DNA from: the human T2T-CHM13v2.0 reference genome, Homo sapiens
DNA: 64,000 bases
Strand: one strand, 5' to 3'
Assembly: GCF_009914755.1 (NCBI RefSeq)
Contig: NC_060935.1
The position numbers and the translations under genes are program-made. This document shows, piece by piece, positions 38,731-56,920 of this stretch; position 1 is the stretch's first letter, and each line of letters begins with the position of its first letter. The notes under the pieces are model-generated. The model searched no databases and was not told the DNA's origin. It saw nothing but the letters and a program-made list of their open reading frames with translations.

Positions 38731-40152
38731 TCTTATGTGTAACTTTTAACAAGTCATTTAACCCCTCTGACCTTCAATGTATTCATCTGTAAAGTGTAGA
38801 CAATGTCTTCCCTATATATTATAAATGACTTAGGAAGATTAACCAGTTAATACGTGTATTAAAATTATCATCACTGACCATGCTGCGTCAGTTTCCTATT
38901 TCTGATTTCCTACTAACTGCACCAGATTAATCATAAAATTCCACTTTCTTCATGCAATCAAAGAATGCTGATTTTGGGCAGGACAGTATTATTTTGTATC
39001 CAAAACATGCCACAGCATAGCCTCAGTCTACCATTTCCACCTTCAATCTCATTTCCCAGCACTCCACAACATGTGTGCTGTGGACTCAGCCTGAACTATC
39101 CTACAAAATATCTTTGCCTCCATGTCTTTGTTTACCCCAGAGATAAATAAAGTATACATTCTGCCTTCGCATGTTTGGGCTTTCTCCACACCCTTGAATG
39201 TCTCCCTTGGAGTTCACAAGGTAGTGTCCAGGCTTTTGGCTTGAGATGTAACATTATTCATCTTTTTCCTCTCTCCTGTATTGTCTCCTTGAGGAAAGAG
39301 ATAATGTATTCTGATTGGTCGTTTTCTGTTTTGGGTTTTTATTTTTTGTATTTTTCACAACATAAAGAACAATATTTTGCACACAGCAGATGCTCAATAA
39401 ATGCCTTTTAAACAATGAATGATTTCAATTTCATATAAATGCAAGACTTGTTCTGTGGACTCCACCTTTCAGAAGAGTGGGTAGAGACAGAGGTCACCTC
39501 TTCTTATCTGCCTCGGAAGCTTATTGAAAAAAGAAGTGTGCGGCCCAGAAGAAACAAGGGTGCTGAGAGGCTCTAGGGAGAGCCACCTTGGTCCGAAATG
39601 AAGAATGCAGAGGTTTATCCTTCAGCCTTGAGTAATAAATCCCTCAAACCTTGAATTATTTTTCACTATAAACAAGAAGGCATTCTCTGAGTACTTAAAA
39701 ATTCTTGAGATAGCAGCAGGTCATGGGAAGCCATGCAAAGTCTGCTCAGTGCAGGAATCTGATTCTGGGTGTCCCTCTGGGAAACCAATCTCCTGAACCC
39801 AAGGAGATCCTCATCTCTGAATTTTTTCAAATAGCCACAAAGGAGACCTAAGTCGGAAGACTTAACCTCTTCTATGCTCAAGTAAGCCCTTAGCTGCAAC
39901 TGGAATTCAGAGTATTTCCACTTCAGAATATCACACACATTTCGGAGGAAATGGGGGATTGACTTAGCCTGGAAAGATAAGGCATCAAGGAGATCTCAAA
40001 GGAGAAAGCAGTTTTTAGCCTCTCCACACAGTGCATTACTAGGGCAATCACCAAACATTTAACACCTGCACTGTGGCTTCAGCAGGGAGCCCTGGCTTCT
40101 GCTTGGTTACCCCTGCTGAATTCCCCTCAGCACAAATGAGAACTGGCTGTGA

Positions 40153-41817
<1,665 letters not shown>

Positions 41818-42224
41818 CGACTTTTTTTTACAAGCCAAGACATCACTTGTCATTGGTTATAGGTCTCTCACAGCTGCCACTAGATATGGCTATTCTCAGA
41901 GCCAGTCCTCACTTCAGATTTCGTATCATTCCTGCCTGTTTTCTACCTTGGCTCCACGTGTAAGGGATTGCTTACCACAGGAACATATGTTTTCCCCCTC
42001 CTCTGTATCTGTGTAGAGAAATATGGAACATGTATTTCTAAAGAAGAAAAAAAGAACTTTTTTCAAGTACAAGGCCATTTTAATGCAGATTTAGAAAAGT
42101 AAAAGTGAAACTTATGTGAACATTTTGAACCTGCCATTACAGATAAAAAATTAATTCAAGAATCATAACTAGCTGGTAAAGTAAACATTTACACAATTGA
42201 CACATTATAAAAAAATCAAGCAGC

Positions 42225-42522
<298 letters not shown>

Positions 42523-44179
42523 TCAAGCATAATAGAAGCAATCAACACACAAATAAATTAACAATAGCTAAAACTCCACACAGTAAAATTGTTGAAAGTG
42601 AAACATTGGGCAAAGAATCACCTTATGATTAAACAGACAAAAAATAAATTTGATAGAAATCATTTTAGATAGACTGAAAATAAGCAAAATTATACACAGT
42701 AAATATTGATGACAATAATATTTGTTAAAATATCAAAATATTCTCAGAACTTTAGATAACATTTTTAGACATGAAATTTGGACTTTGTAGAAGTTATGGC
42801 CACAAAAGATAGTTTACAATTGCATATGGGTAAAAATTGATTTAAATTCAAAGGAGACATTTTTTATAAAATTTACAATAAAAGGGATTTGTCCAGATGA
42901 AAACAAGTTTAGTAAAATAATTTTTTTAAAAAAATTGAGGCAATTTAACTCTGGATACCAAATTGATGAAGGAATTAAATAACCTTAATGTCATTTTCTC
43001 CAGAAATTTTTTTTCAGTTAAAAAATTATCAGCACTAGTATATGTAAATAGAGTGTTAAAATATACTCAGTCTAAGAACAGGCAGATGTTAATAACTGAG
43101 GTGCAAAAAGGGCCAGATGCACTTCCCATGGGGAGTGAGCACAGAGCCAACTTCTTATATAAAACCAGGAGTCGAAACATCCTTCATACACTCTATACTA
43201 CCTCCCCTGACGCTTCTTCAATGTCCCCCCTCAATGTTTGTCACCTCAGCCTCTGCTGGGGTGATTCCACTATCATGGATCCTCTCTCCAGAGAATATCC
43301 TTAAATGCCAAGCTTGCATTCTGGTAGATTGGTCTTAAATTCTGACACACACACTCTCGCATTCAGCCTCACACATAAAGGTATGGAGGTTGAAGCGGGT
43401 AACAAAGTAGTCTTCTGAGATGCAGTGAAGATAATTTATTTCTGGTTATGGAGTCTCATTTGAGTCTTGCAACCCTACAACTGCAGTAGGCTCCAGCACA
43501 GAGTGACAAGACAGCCATCCACCCATCTCCCTCTATGAAGAGGAGAAACTGAGACTGGGGAAAGCTGGGTGACTCGTGGGGACTGGCATGACAAGTTGAG
43601 GGGGCGAGGGTAATGGAAACATTCATTGTCCTTTGCTAGTACTTCTATGGAAAAACAAATTATCACAGTTAGTTACTCTTAGTCAGCCCTGCACGCAATT
43701 TAAAGGCAAGAAATATTTTTCTTTTCTGCCTTTCCATCCCACTTCTCAGAGCTCACTGACACTTCTGGCCTTAAGTTAGCACATTGCCCTGGCTTCATCA
43801 TCCTGCCGAGGCCGGCCCTTTCCAGCCAGGCACCACATGCTGGCTAACCCTCACCACCATCCTGTTTCTCAGAACTATTTCTCACCTAATTCCCATAGGG
43901 CTGCTAAAAGCGCCTGACTTTCTGATTTATAAATCACTAATAGGTGTATATGTGTTACAAAATTTCAGTGTGCTTCTTCTCCAAATGTATTTGCATTTCA
44001 ACAGAAGACTCCTAAGAATACTTGTCTACTTCAATTTTAAATTAATTTTAATTATTTAATAAAAAGTTATTGTGCTGGTATTAATGGCATGCTAATTATA
44101 TTTGTAGGAGACATGAGGCAGGGAGTAATTGCTAAATTTGGATGCCAGACTGTAAGAAAATAATTCTGGCAAAAGAAAA

Positions 44180-44266
44180 ATATGTGTGTATATGTGTATG
44201 TATGTACATACACCTATGTGTATGTGTGTACATATGTGTATGTGTGTGTACATATATATGCATATA

Positions 44267-44304
<38 letters not shown>

Positions 44305-44320
44305 CATAAGTATGTATACA
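44180..44320. repeat. (TG)/(TA) compound simple repeat
   Basis: tatgtgtg units, then (TG)n(TA)n. Confidence 0.92.
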
Positions 44321-44329
44321 GAGAGAAGT

Positions 44330-45500
44330 CATGCCTCATATCATACCAACTAGGCAACCAACAAACAAAATATTCAATTTCAGATGTATTACAGATTACA
44401 GATCTAAATGTTAAGAGTAAAACAATAAACAATCTAGAAGAGTACCTTTGTAACTTCAGAATAGCCATTTTTAAACAGGACACAAAGGCATCAAACATAA
44501 AGGTAAAAATCATAAATTATACTATAGAAAAATTAAGAAATTCTGTTTCTCAAAAGACACAACTGAGTGAAAATGTAATCCATAGAGCAGGAGAACGTAT
44601 TTACAATAAATATATTTTAAAAGGAGTTATACCTAAAATAGATGAAGTACTAAAACAAATTGATAAGACAAAGGCAAATACCCAATTGAAAAAATGCTCA
44701 AGAGACTTGAGTAGATACTTCACAAAAGATAACATCAAGATTGCCAATAATCATGTGAAAAAAATCATTCAACTGGATTAATCATTGGTAATTACTAATT
44801 AAAACCACAATGTGATACCACAACACACAAGCTACAATAACTACGATGAAAAATTCTAAATGTGGCAAAGAGGTGGAGCGACTAGAAGACTGATACACTG
44901 TGCATGGGAGGTTTAGTTGAGTCAACCACATTGGAAAACAGTGTAGCAGTATCTACTGAAACTAAATATGTAAGTGAACTATTGCTTAGTAATATCACTT
45001 TTAGTTATATACCCAAGAGAAGTGCAAACGTATGTTCACCAAAATACATTTACTAGAACTTTCATAGCAGCATTATTCATAGTAGCCAAAGTTGGAAATT
45101 ACCAAAATGCTCACCATCAGTAGAATGGATAAGCATGGTGTATTTTACACCATGGAATACTACACAATGATGAGAATTAATGATCTATAAATCTATGTAC
45201 CAAGATGCATAATTGTCAAAAACATAATATTAAACAAAGGAAGCCAGTATATATTTGTGATTCTATATACATTCCAAAAGAGCAAAACAAATGTGTTAGA
45301 AGTCATAGTAGAGGTTTCTCATGGGGAGATGGGTAATGTCTGGAAAGGAATACAAAGAAGGGCTCTGGGGTGGTGCAAATAGTCTGTTCTTTTAGCTGGG
45401 TGCTGGATGCACAGGTGTAGCTGGTAAAAAATTAGCAAATATATTCCTGGAATATGCTCATTTATCTTTATGCATATTATAGTGCATTAAAAATGTTTAC
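44330..45500 (+). mobile_element. L1ME-type ORF2 end and 3' UTR
   Basis: attaaaaccacaatgtgatacca, catagcagcattattcatagtagccaaa, ccatcagtagaatggataa. Confidence 0.8.
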
Positions 45501-45956
45501 AAATAGTAAAGTAAATTTAGGCAGAAAAATATAGTAAGTCCTTACCTGCATGCAAAAACTAATTGCAGACTGGAGAGATGTTGGCTTGAGAGCAACACAT
45601 GGAAAAAGGCCTGACTGAGGTTTTAATTAACTACAATCTCAACCCAAGTCAAGAGTAGAGTGTGGATGCTAAAATTACTTAAAAAAAAAAAGTTTCACTA
45701 GTATAAGAATTAAGTGTATTCAGAATGTAAAATGTTCTCAGGGACTGTACCATACAGCCCTTTCATTTTACATGTGAGAGAATCAGAGGCCACAGAGGAC
45801 TTGGCTCAATAAAATTTAGATTTTAAGAAAAAGAGTTAGAGCTGAACACCATGCTTTCTGACTTCCTCACCCAGAGCACATTCCTTTAGATCTGTGCTTC
45901 CCAAGCCTTCCTGAGCATAAGAATCAACTTTGGAACCCTTAAAAAAAACCTGAATC

Positions 45957-46394
<438 letters not shown>

Positions 46395-46899
46395 TTAGTC
46401 AGAGTAGTTTCTACTTCTTGAAAGACAGTTTTTTGGCAGTGGTCAAAAAAGGGAAAAACACACCGAACCCAATTTCCGGTCAGTGCATATCCTCTGAATA
46501 TGTAATGTTGCAAAATCATATTTCAAGTGAAAAGAAAAACCACACTAGTTTTACAAAATGAAAGAAACCTCATCGTCAGCCAGAAAATAACTAAAATACA
46601 TAAGCAATAAATTTGACTCTTAGGGACCATGGTGTTCAAAACAACCCACACACCGTATAGGACAAAAACAAAGTTCATTGGCACAGGACGCAGTGGTAAA
46701 GAGAGGAGTCTGAGCCCACAGTTTACACAAAGCTGTGTCACTCAAGTGCTGGTCTGCTGGCCCATGGCCTGGCTCCTGCCATCCCAGTCACAGGGCAGAA
46801 TGGGCAATGATGGAAAGAATGGTTCTGCCCTGCTGAGGATAGGAAAGGGGCCCCAGGGGAAAGCAGGGAAGTAAAAGTACAGACAGGCAGAGGAAAAAC

Positions 46900-48560
46900 A
46901 TCTCCTTACACAAGAAGAGCTTGCAAATGGAAATTACAAAGTACACGAAGAAAAAGACTCAGAAGAGATTGCCTACAAAATAAAACATTTCAGACAAAAA
47001 TTCACTCCTGACAGTATTGAAAATACTGACATTAAAATCTTCAAGATCCTTAAAAACTGGAGGTGAAAATTCATGAAATAAAAATGGTGTTATGGAACAA
47101 GAGACGTAGATACTGAACACAGGTGGATGATAAAACCAACCAATCCCAAATCATAAAGTGAAAAATACAGTCATTAAAATAAAAACTTGATAGAGGGAAC
47201 AAAGTCTAAATTGGACATGGATGAAGATATAATTAGCACAGTAAAAGAATGAAGTATTTAGTAAGTGGCACTGGGAGAGCTGTCTATCCTATACATAATA
47301 TGTATTTTGCATATATTATATGTAATATATAGTATGCATAAATGATTTTTTATTTCATATTATTAATAAAATAAAATATAAATGTTAAAAAATCTTTAAA
47401 TCTATTAGGAGAAAATATAGGTGCACATATTTAAGATTTCAGAGTAGGGAAAGATTTATCAAAGCAGACACAAAAAGACAAAATCGTAAAGAAAAACTGA
47501 TAAACCCGACCAATTTAGACTTAAAATTTATGCATAAATAATGGTATATAAAACAAAATTAAAGGCCACTGACTGGAAACATGTTCAGCACATATAAGTC
47601 TACACTCAGAATACGAAAATAAATATATTCAACACAAAAATATCAAAGAATGTAATAGAAAAATGGGCAAAGTATCTTCACGTGTCATTCATGGAAAATG
47701 ACAAACTGAAATGGAAAACTGCATATGTTAAATGCAAGTGAAAACATGCTCACCTATAAAAATGATCAGGAACATTTTTAAGAAGTAAGACACACTTTAA
47801 AATCCACCAGACAGGCAAAAATATCAATGTTTAGCCAAGAATGAGAGCAAATCGGAACTCTCATTTAATACTGGCGAGAGTATGCGAATAGAATCATCAC
47901 AAAGAGCAGTGGCATCACCCCAAAACGTTTATACTCTGTAGCCCAGCCATCCAAGGTGAGAGTGCTTCCCTGTGTGTGTGTTTGGCCTAGAGAAAATCTA
48001 TGAACTCTTACAGAGTAAAGATAACTATATACAAGGATGTCCCATACAACAATGTTGTAGCAAAAAGGGGAGATAATGCAAACGTCAAGTGGTAGTGAAT
48101 AAAGTTACATAGTTAGATACATGGATAAATTGTGATATGTTCACATAATAAAATATACTGCGGTTAAAAAGAATAACCTACGTATGTATTGTCATGAATC
48201 TGCTTTGAAAATATAATATTGAATGAAAAAGCAAGTTAGAAAACTTTACATGTACTGTATTTAAATAATGCAAATGAATGATATAGCTTTGCAAATATGT
48301 ATAAACTATATATATTTTTGTATATGTGCATATGTTATAGTTAAAGGGTACATATATAGAACTGGATGCACATCAAATACTTCTTAATCGCTAGCTCTGG
48401 AAGGGAAGGGAATGCAAATTAGGAAGGACATCACACAGGTCTCAATTTTACCTATTACGTCTTTGCCTTCAAAAAAGTGTAAAGAAAACTGGAAAAATAT
48501 TAACAGTTGTTCCATTTTGGTAATGGATAAGTGAGTATTTATTAACTTTTTTTCTTTTAT
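46900..48560 (+). mobile_element. Ancient L1M fragments
   Basis: A-rich sense LINE character: gagaaaatataggtg...gtagggaaagattt, agaaaaatgggcaaag, atggataaattgtgatatgttcac. Confidence 0.6.
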
Positions 48561-48600
48561 TAAGGGAAAATACCTAAATTCAGGAGCTTAGTGAGGGCTA

Positions 48601-49065
<465 letters not shown>

Positions 49066-50962
49066 CTAGAACAGCTGTCACTGACTTGCATTCTTTAGCT
49101 CCAAGGTCTCTAATGAAAATCCATATATGGACGTTAGAAGATTAGCCTCAAATTAAGAAAGAATTCTCTAGCAATTACAATTTTGAAAAATTACTTGGCA
49201 ATCTCAGGAGGTAGTAAGATGCTATCACTGAAGTTAGTCAAATCTAGTGTGAGTACAACCTGGTATGAATACAGCTTTTGGAGTTGAGTAATGCTTGCCA
49301 TAGTTTGAAGTTTGGCTATGGGGAGAATGGCAAGTATGATAACACCGTTGACTCCAATAACAAGGCATTTTGCAGAGCATTTCAAAAACTCCCTTACTTA
49401 ATTCTTAAAATCACACTAGAGGTTGGTAGTACTTCATTATTCTCATTTTACAAATGAAGGTGAATATCACATGCGTGGTAGAGATTTGAATTTAGATTGT
49501 TCTGACTCTAAGGCCTAAACACGTCATTAAGTTCCTTACGACCACTAGAATGTCAAGATTTATGAAATCAAAGAACTAGATTTCTAGTTGTGAAATTTAA
49601 GGTTCACCAAGGTTAGATGTCTTGAAGATGCTTGGGCCAATTCTGAGTCCCTGAAGGCAAACCACTTAAAAGTAAACTTCAAAGGGTACTATTTGGTCTC
49701 GTAAAGTCTAGTTTTAATGCTATGAATGTTACTGACTCTACAACATAATAGGAAGTTGCAAAATAAATAAATAAATAAATAAATAAAACCTGACACAATG
49801 ATAGAGGGATTTGTACAAAAGAAGAAATAAGTACAAAGCCCAGTTCTTCAGACATTCGGTGTCTGTGGGTGTGGGTGTTTCACCATTCAATGATCCCATG
49901 ACCCTACACAGTCCACAGTACATTTTCAATGTACCCCTTACTCTACTCCTGTCATATGCTCAATCCTTATCACTTGAAAAATCTGTGAAATATTCTATAT
50001 TCTCATAGCCTCAACCAAACCCTTCCCACACAGCTAACTGCCTGGCATTCATTTTATCTATATCTGAATAAGAGAGAGGTAGATGAGTCAAATATTCCAA
50101 AATTGTAACCTAGAGTGTGAAAGAAGTGTAGGTGTTTGCAACACCAAGTTTCGCTTACTCCCCCAGGCGGGGGGACCCTCTGGGGATGACGTGGAATTTG
50201 TCCACTTAGCCTCCGTGTCTATGTTGGTTAAGAAGGGCACTTGCCCAAGAATATTGTGTCCAGGTAGAGGAAACAAATTACAAGAAAATTAAACCCAGAC
50301 CAAAAAGTACCTCTCATTGAACCCTTGTGGCTATGCAGATTCCTCAAAGAGAACCTGAAGGACTCAGTGAGTTCTGGTTCAGAATTTGGGGTCAAGGGTC
50401 AAACCCACAACTAAATGTGTTTTGTGCAGTAAGAGATAAAATGGTGGGAAGGGGTGATGTGGGTGCTGCTTTGTCTCAACCACATCCAGTGAAAAGCTCA
50501 TCACTAGTGTTCTGGGACAGCCCGAAGGAGGACAAATGGGAACAAACACAACCTCTCCAGCTCTGCAGGCAAGAAGCTCTCTTAGCACTGCTTCTCTTGC
50601 CTTCCTTCCCTTTCTCTCTCTCACCTCCACCATGATTAGGATGCTGAGCATGTCAGAGGTCATTCAAATGACTTTGCTAATGAAAACTTAATTTCCCCCA
50701 AATATGTGCATGGAAATATAATCAGGGTAGGTATCGGATCCCAAAGTTTTGGTCTCCAAGGAGCACATCTCCAGACAGCCACCGAAAGAAGCCAGTTGGT
50801 CCGAGCCCAGAGAGGTAGCTGTGCAGAATGTTCAGGGCACTCTGGACCTTTGGGCTTCTCTGTCCGGGACAACTCTGCTGCCCTCACAGTCGAAATGGCT
50901 CTTCAGCAGGGATTTCTACTAAGCCCGGAGAGCAATCAGGGCTGGGTACGGAGGAGATTTTA

Positions 50963-51455
<493 letters not shown>

Positions 51456-51820
51456 AAGTACAAAGTCCTGTGTAATTTTTTGTTACAACCCATCTATGAA
51501 TTGAGGGCCCTGGTAAGCTCCATCTGAAATCGGCATGATATTTGCATACATAAGGAGAGTTCTGAGACCGGGTGCATACTTGTGGTTAAAGTCCCATTAG
51601 AATAGCTCCTGTATAGAATACATTGTACACACAGGCTGTAAACTCAGACAGTGATGGGAGAATATCAAGGCTAGGAGCCACATGCGAAGACACTTGCTGG
51701 CATGCGTCCGGAGCAAGTAAACCTCTGAGCTTCAATTTTCTCATCTGTAACAATGAAAGAGTCGTACTTACTCTAACCATCTTAGAAAGGTGATTAATTG
51801 TGGCAATCAAATAGGGTAAT

Positions 51821-52200
51821 TGCATTGTTCTCCCCAGACTGCCATAACTAAATACCATAGACTGGGTGGCTTAAACAAAGACATTTACCCATTTTTCACA
51901 GTTCTGGAGGCTGAAAGTCCAAATCAAGGTGCCAGTGACATGGTTTCTGGTGAGGGCTCTCTTCCTAGATTGCAGACAACCATTGTCTTGCTGCAGCCTC
52001 ACATGGCAGAGAGATAGAGCTCCTTCTAGTCTCTTCCTCTTCTTATAAGGGTGCTAATCCCATCATGGGACTCTTCTCTTGGGACCTTACCTAAACTGAA
52101 TTCATGTCTGAAGGGCCTAACCCCCCAATCCCAATACCATCATGATGGGAATTAGGGCTTCGACATATGAATTTGAGGGGGTCACATTCAGTTCATATCA
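51821..52200 (-). mobile_element. MLT1A-like MaLR solo LTR beside a MIR
   Basis: ccataactaaataccatagactgggtggcttaaac...cattcagttcatatca; perfect TSD gtaat. Confidence 0.88.
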
Positions 52201-52419
52201 GTAATAAAATGAAAGTTTTATAAGTTATTTAGAACTCTGTAAGTCCACTTGGTATCATCACCACCATTACTAATGTAAGCTTCATATAATATGTTAGAGC
52301 CTGATACAATATCCTGTCATTTTCTTTCCTTGAGGATGATGGCATTTTAAGGAAACTTACAAACATGCTGTAATCCCTGTCCCCATCCCTACTTTCCATA
52401 TGAGGAAACAGATAAAGCT

Positions 52420-52630
52420 GGGTATAAATTCTACCTTCATATTTTAATAAGTATTGTACTAGAACAAGTTATTTCACCTCTCTAAGGCTTCGTTTCTTCA
52501 TTTGTAAAAAAGAGACAATGCTGATAACACCTACATTGTCAGAGCTGTGATGAAGTTTAAATCACACAATGTATGTGACATGCATACACTAGTCCATATT
52601 AACACAGAGTAATAGCCTGATATTGTTAGT
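52420..52630 (+). mobile_element. MIR
   Basis: caagttatttcacctctctaaggcttcgtttcttcatttgtaaaa. Confidence 0.6.
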
Positions 52631-54164
52631 GTTAAATGTCACTGAATGTTAAATGCTTCTGTTATGTTTTGTTATTATTAATGTTATTGTTAATCACAGA
52701 GTTGGACTACATACCAAGTCTCCTGACATCTGGTGTTCTTCAGAAAAAGAAGGCGTTCTAATCTAGCAAAGCCAATTAAGGCTAAGAACAATTTTTTTCT
52801 TAATGACAAATCTTACTAGGTCTTTTCCAGCTGTGTTTTTTCCATCTAAACAGTAAAGTTGAGTGCAGGGGAAAGCCAGTTTCTGGAAGTACCCACTAGA
52901 AGGGCAGTAAGTAGAATAGGACTCAGGTTACAAACCTCAGTAGGTTTTAGCTGGGCCTTGTTGCTAAGATACCTGTATTTTCCCGAAAACCAAAGGCAAT
53001 ATAAAATCTGGTTTGAAGCCATAGAGAAAACTTCCCTGTGCAAAAAATATCACTGGATCCTCTCTTCTGCAGATAGCTCGCTGTCGAGGGGAGTATTTTC
53101 TCACATGGTATTTACCTTCTGTCTGTACTAAGTCTGTTTGTTAGTGTTTAGAATTGCTACTTTACTTTTCTAAAATGAGAACAACAACAACCAAAAAATC
53201 AAAGTATGAGTGCCCAGTCAGAACTGGTAGGGTTACTACCGAGTGTTCAATGACCAAGTTCTCTGCCAGAGGGGGACTGAGTGTTTGCCTCATACCCAGG
53301 CTTCCTCGGCCTAAGTAGAAAAAGTTAATGGATTAGCCCTGATGAATGACTGAGGCTCTCAGCAGGCATGGGCTCCAAGCCAGAAACAGCCCTATGTACA
53401 GACAGCAGCCATGTCTGGGGTTGCTGGACGTGGCTGATAACAGGACCGGAAACCCATCAGAGACACCCACCCCCTTACCTCTGGGCCTCATCAAAATTAC
53501 CTGCCAAAGAGACTCTGCTCCAGACCAGCACCTTGTCAGACTGTTTTGTAATAGGAAACAGCTGTCCCTGTTGAGAGGCAGAGGTGGAAAGAGTGAAAAG
53601 AATGGAGAAAATGAACCATTCATAGCTTTTCTGGTTGTGCAGAACTGAAAGTTGCAATAACATGGCATGTAAAAATGGGAAATTCTAGGGACCCTGTGGG
53701 AATGATAGTATCCTCCTCTGAAGGGGCTGATAGGAAATCACAGCTACTGAATTTAAATCAAAGACGACTGTTTATCCTTAATAATGGATTTTGAGTAGAA
53801 GCTGAACACTGCTTAGCAACATCCCAGGGATAGCAGAGGCAAAGTGGTAGAGAGTTTTGATCAGGCAATTCAGGTAGGGAGTAGAATCCTCATTGCTGCT
53901 TCTTCCTATTTGTTGCTGTAATTTAGTGCCTAGAACAATGGCTATTGCGTGGCATTGTGCTCCACATATACTTGTTGGATGAATAATAAAATTCATGACC
54001 TGCATTTTCTAAGGCTGAGCAGAATGAATTTTTTGGTTCATGTGATCACAATTTGAGTCAACGTTCTGTCACTTACTAGCTCTGCTGTCTTAGGAAAGTT
54101 CCTCAATATATCCAAATCTTAGTTCACTTTTTTAAAAAATTGGGCTTGAACAGTTACCTTATAT

Positions 54165-55604
54165 TGAGAGGTGACAGCGTGCTGGCAGTCCTCACAGCTC
54201 TCGCTGGCTCTCCGCGCCTCCTCTGCCTGGGCTCCCACTTTGGCGGCACTTGAGGAGCCCTTCAGCCCGCCGCTGCACTCTGGGAGCCCCTTTCTGGGCT
54301 GGCAAAGGCCGGAGCCGGCTCCCTCAGCTTGCGGGGAGGTGTGGAGGGAGAGGCGCAGGCGGGAACCGGGGCTGCGCGCGGTGCTTGCGGGCCAGCGTGA
54401 GTTCCGGGTGGGCGTGGGCTGGGCGGACCCCGCGCTCGGAGCAGCCGGCCGGCCCTACGGGCCCGGGCAGTGACGGGCTTAGCACCTGGGCCAGCAGCTG
54501 CTGTGCTCAAGTTCTCGCCGGGCCTTAGCTGCCTTCCCACGGGGCAGGTCTCGGGACCTGCAGCCCACCATGCCTGAGACTCCCCCGACTCCGTGGGCTC
54601 CTGTGCGGCCCGAGCCTCTCCAATGAGCGCCGCCCCGTGCTCCACGCGCCCAGTCCCATCCACCACCCAAGGGCTGAAGAGTGAGAGCGCATGGCGCGGG
54701 ACTGGCAGGCAGCTCCACCTGCAGCCCATTGCGGGATCCACTGGGTGAAGACAGCTGGGCTCCTGAGTCTGGTGGGGCCGTGGAGAACCTTTATGTCTAC
54801 TAGCTCAGGGATTGTAAATACACCAATCAGCACCCTATGTCTAGCTCAAGGTTTGTAAACAAACCAATCAGCACCCTGTGTCTCAGGGTTTGTGAATGCA
54901 CCAGTCGGCACTCTGTGTCTAGCTACTCTGGTGGGGCCTTGGAGAACCTTTATGTCTAGCTCAGGGATTGTGGATACACCAATCAGCACTCTGTATCTAG
55001 CTCAAGGTTTGTAAACACACCAATCAGCACCCTGTGTCTAGCTCAGGGTTTGTGAATGCACCAATCGACACTCTGTATCTAGCTGCTCTGGTGGGGCCTT
55101 GGAGAATCTTTGTGTGGACACTCTGTATCTAACTAATCTAGTGGGGACGTGGAGAACCTTTATGTCTAGCTCAGGGATTGTAAACGCACCAATCAGCACC
55201 CTGTCAAAACAGACCACTCGGCGTTACCAATCAGCAGGATGTGGGTGGGGCCAGATAAGAGAATAAAAGCAGGCTGCCCGAGCTAGCAGTGGCAACTCGC
55301 TCGGGTCCCCTTCCACATTGTGGAAGCTTTGTTGTTTCGCTCTTTGCAATAAATCCTGCTACTGCTCACTCTTTGGGTCCACCCTGCTTTTATGAGCTGT
55401 AACACTCACCATGAAGATCTGCAGCTTCACTCCTGAGCCAGCGAGACTACGAACCCACCAGAAGGAAGAAATTCCAAACACATCCGAACATCAGAAGGAA
55501 CAAACTCCCGACGTGCCACCTTAAGAGCTGTAACACTCACCGCGAGGGTCCCCGGCTTCATTCTTGAAGTCAGTGAGACCAAGAACCCACCAATTCCGGA
55601 CACA
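54165..55604 (+). mobile_element. LTR12C (ERV9) solo LTR, 1440 bp, inserted into a MIR
   Basis: tgagaggtgacagcgtgctggc...ccaattccggacaca; perfect 4-bp TSD atat; CpG-rich U3. Confidence 0.97.
54800..55300 (+). promoter_or_regulatory. LTR12C enhancer/promoter (7 CCAAT boxes, GATA, AATAAA-type TATA)
   Basis: ccaatc subrepeats 54823-55232; gataa 55254-55258; aataaa 55262-55267; known ERV9 LTR layout. Confidence 0.7.
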
Positions 55605-56789
55605 ATATGACTTTAAAGATCACTAAATTAAATAAGAATGTGTTCTTAAATATCTTTCATGAAATGTAAGCTCAGTAAATGATAAAAGGGATCATGAACT
55701 GTGTGGTCATCCTATCCCACAGTAACTATTAATGTATATAAATGATGCCCAGATTTAACAGGACAGGATAAAAGTAATACCACAAACACTAAGAAATAAA
55801 TGTTAATATCAGACTGTTACCTTGTTAATAGTGGGGAAGTGTCACATGTTTCAGAGACATCCTAGTTATTTACATCCAGAAGAGGTTTCACCAGGCACAT
55901 TATATAGAAGAGCCCACCAAGAAACAGTGAGCTGAAGAGACCTTGCATAGCCAGCTAACACCAGAGACAAAGATCATGTGAGAAACTAGAAGCCAGTTGT
56001 GAAAGGGGCACCATCAGCATCACTGGTCCTTGCATTTATAAAGAGGCAATTTAGTTTTTTAATTAGATCAGGTTTTCTGACTAATGAAATAATATCTCTG
56101 TACAAACATATACATACACACATGCAGATACCCAATACACAGAAAAAAAAAGAGTTAATTGAAGAATAGGAAAGGAATTTAAGATCACTCAAATCGAGAT
56201 CTTCAAAATTCAAGTATACATATTTCACTCATAACAGAAACAGGAAGCTGTGAATAAGGAACAGTCATAAAACAAGGAAGATGTCTTTGAAATCAAGATT
56301 ATAATTGCCATCTACATACAGTTGCTTGCTCTATGTCTCTTTCTCTTTCTCTTTCTTTCTCTCTCTCACTCTGAAACTTCCAAATGTCTTCTATTAACAG
56401 GACACTTAATTCCAGGTGATGTATGTATCAAATTAGAATTCTAGCCCTTCTATATAGTCTCAGGTTGTCTGTCATCTCTCCCTGAATGTTTCTGAGTCCC
56501 CCACCTGCAGTTCCCTGTGGCTTTTTCAGTGAGAATGTGCCACTCAGCTTTTCTAATGGGGTCTTCTGGTGGCCCTGAGTGATGAGATCACTAAGGAAAT
56601 ACTTTAGTGTTGAGAGACTCGTCCTGGGCCCAAACAAAGCCCACCTTCTGATGTCAGAAGGGGCACTTAGAAGTGAATCAGCACTCTGTCCTATCAGGCT
56701 TTCTATTTATGAAGAACAAGAGGTGAATAGCACTGTCCTTGCTGTGCACACTCATATTCCTCTGAAGCCCCTTTGATACAATAACTCAG

Positions 56790-56920
56790 CTGGTTCTGTC
56801 TTCCTCTCAGAGCATGGAATCTCTCCTGCCAATGGGGGGACTGTGTGGTTTGAAAAAGCTCCTGTAGGTGGTTCTGATTCAGAACACCCCACCCATCCAG
56901 CACTGGATTGAGAACTAGGG
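56790..56920. mobile_element. MER5-like fragment
   Basis: aaaagctcctgtaggtggttctgat...ttgagaactag. Confidence 0.5.

Noticed and set aside
44182-44781. 199-aa ORF
   Set aside because: Microsatellite fused to decayed L1 ORF2 sequence
54170-54760. CpG island with overlapping ORFs suggesting a gene start (also 32480-33090)
   Set aside because: GC-rich U3 of LTR12; the ORFs reflect low stop-codon frequency
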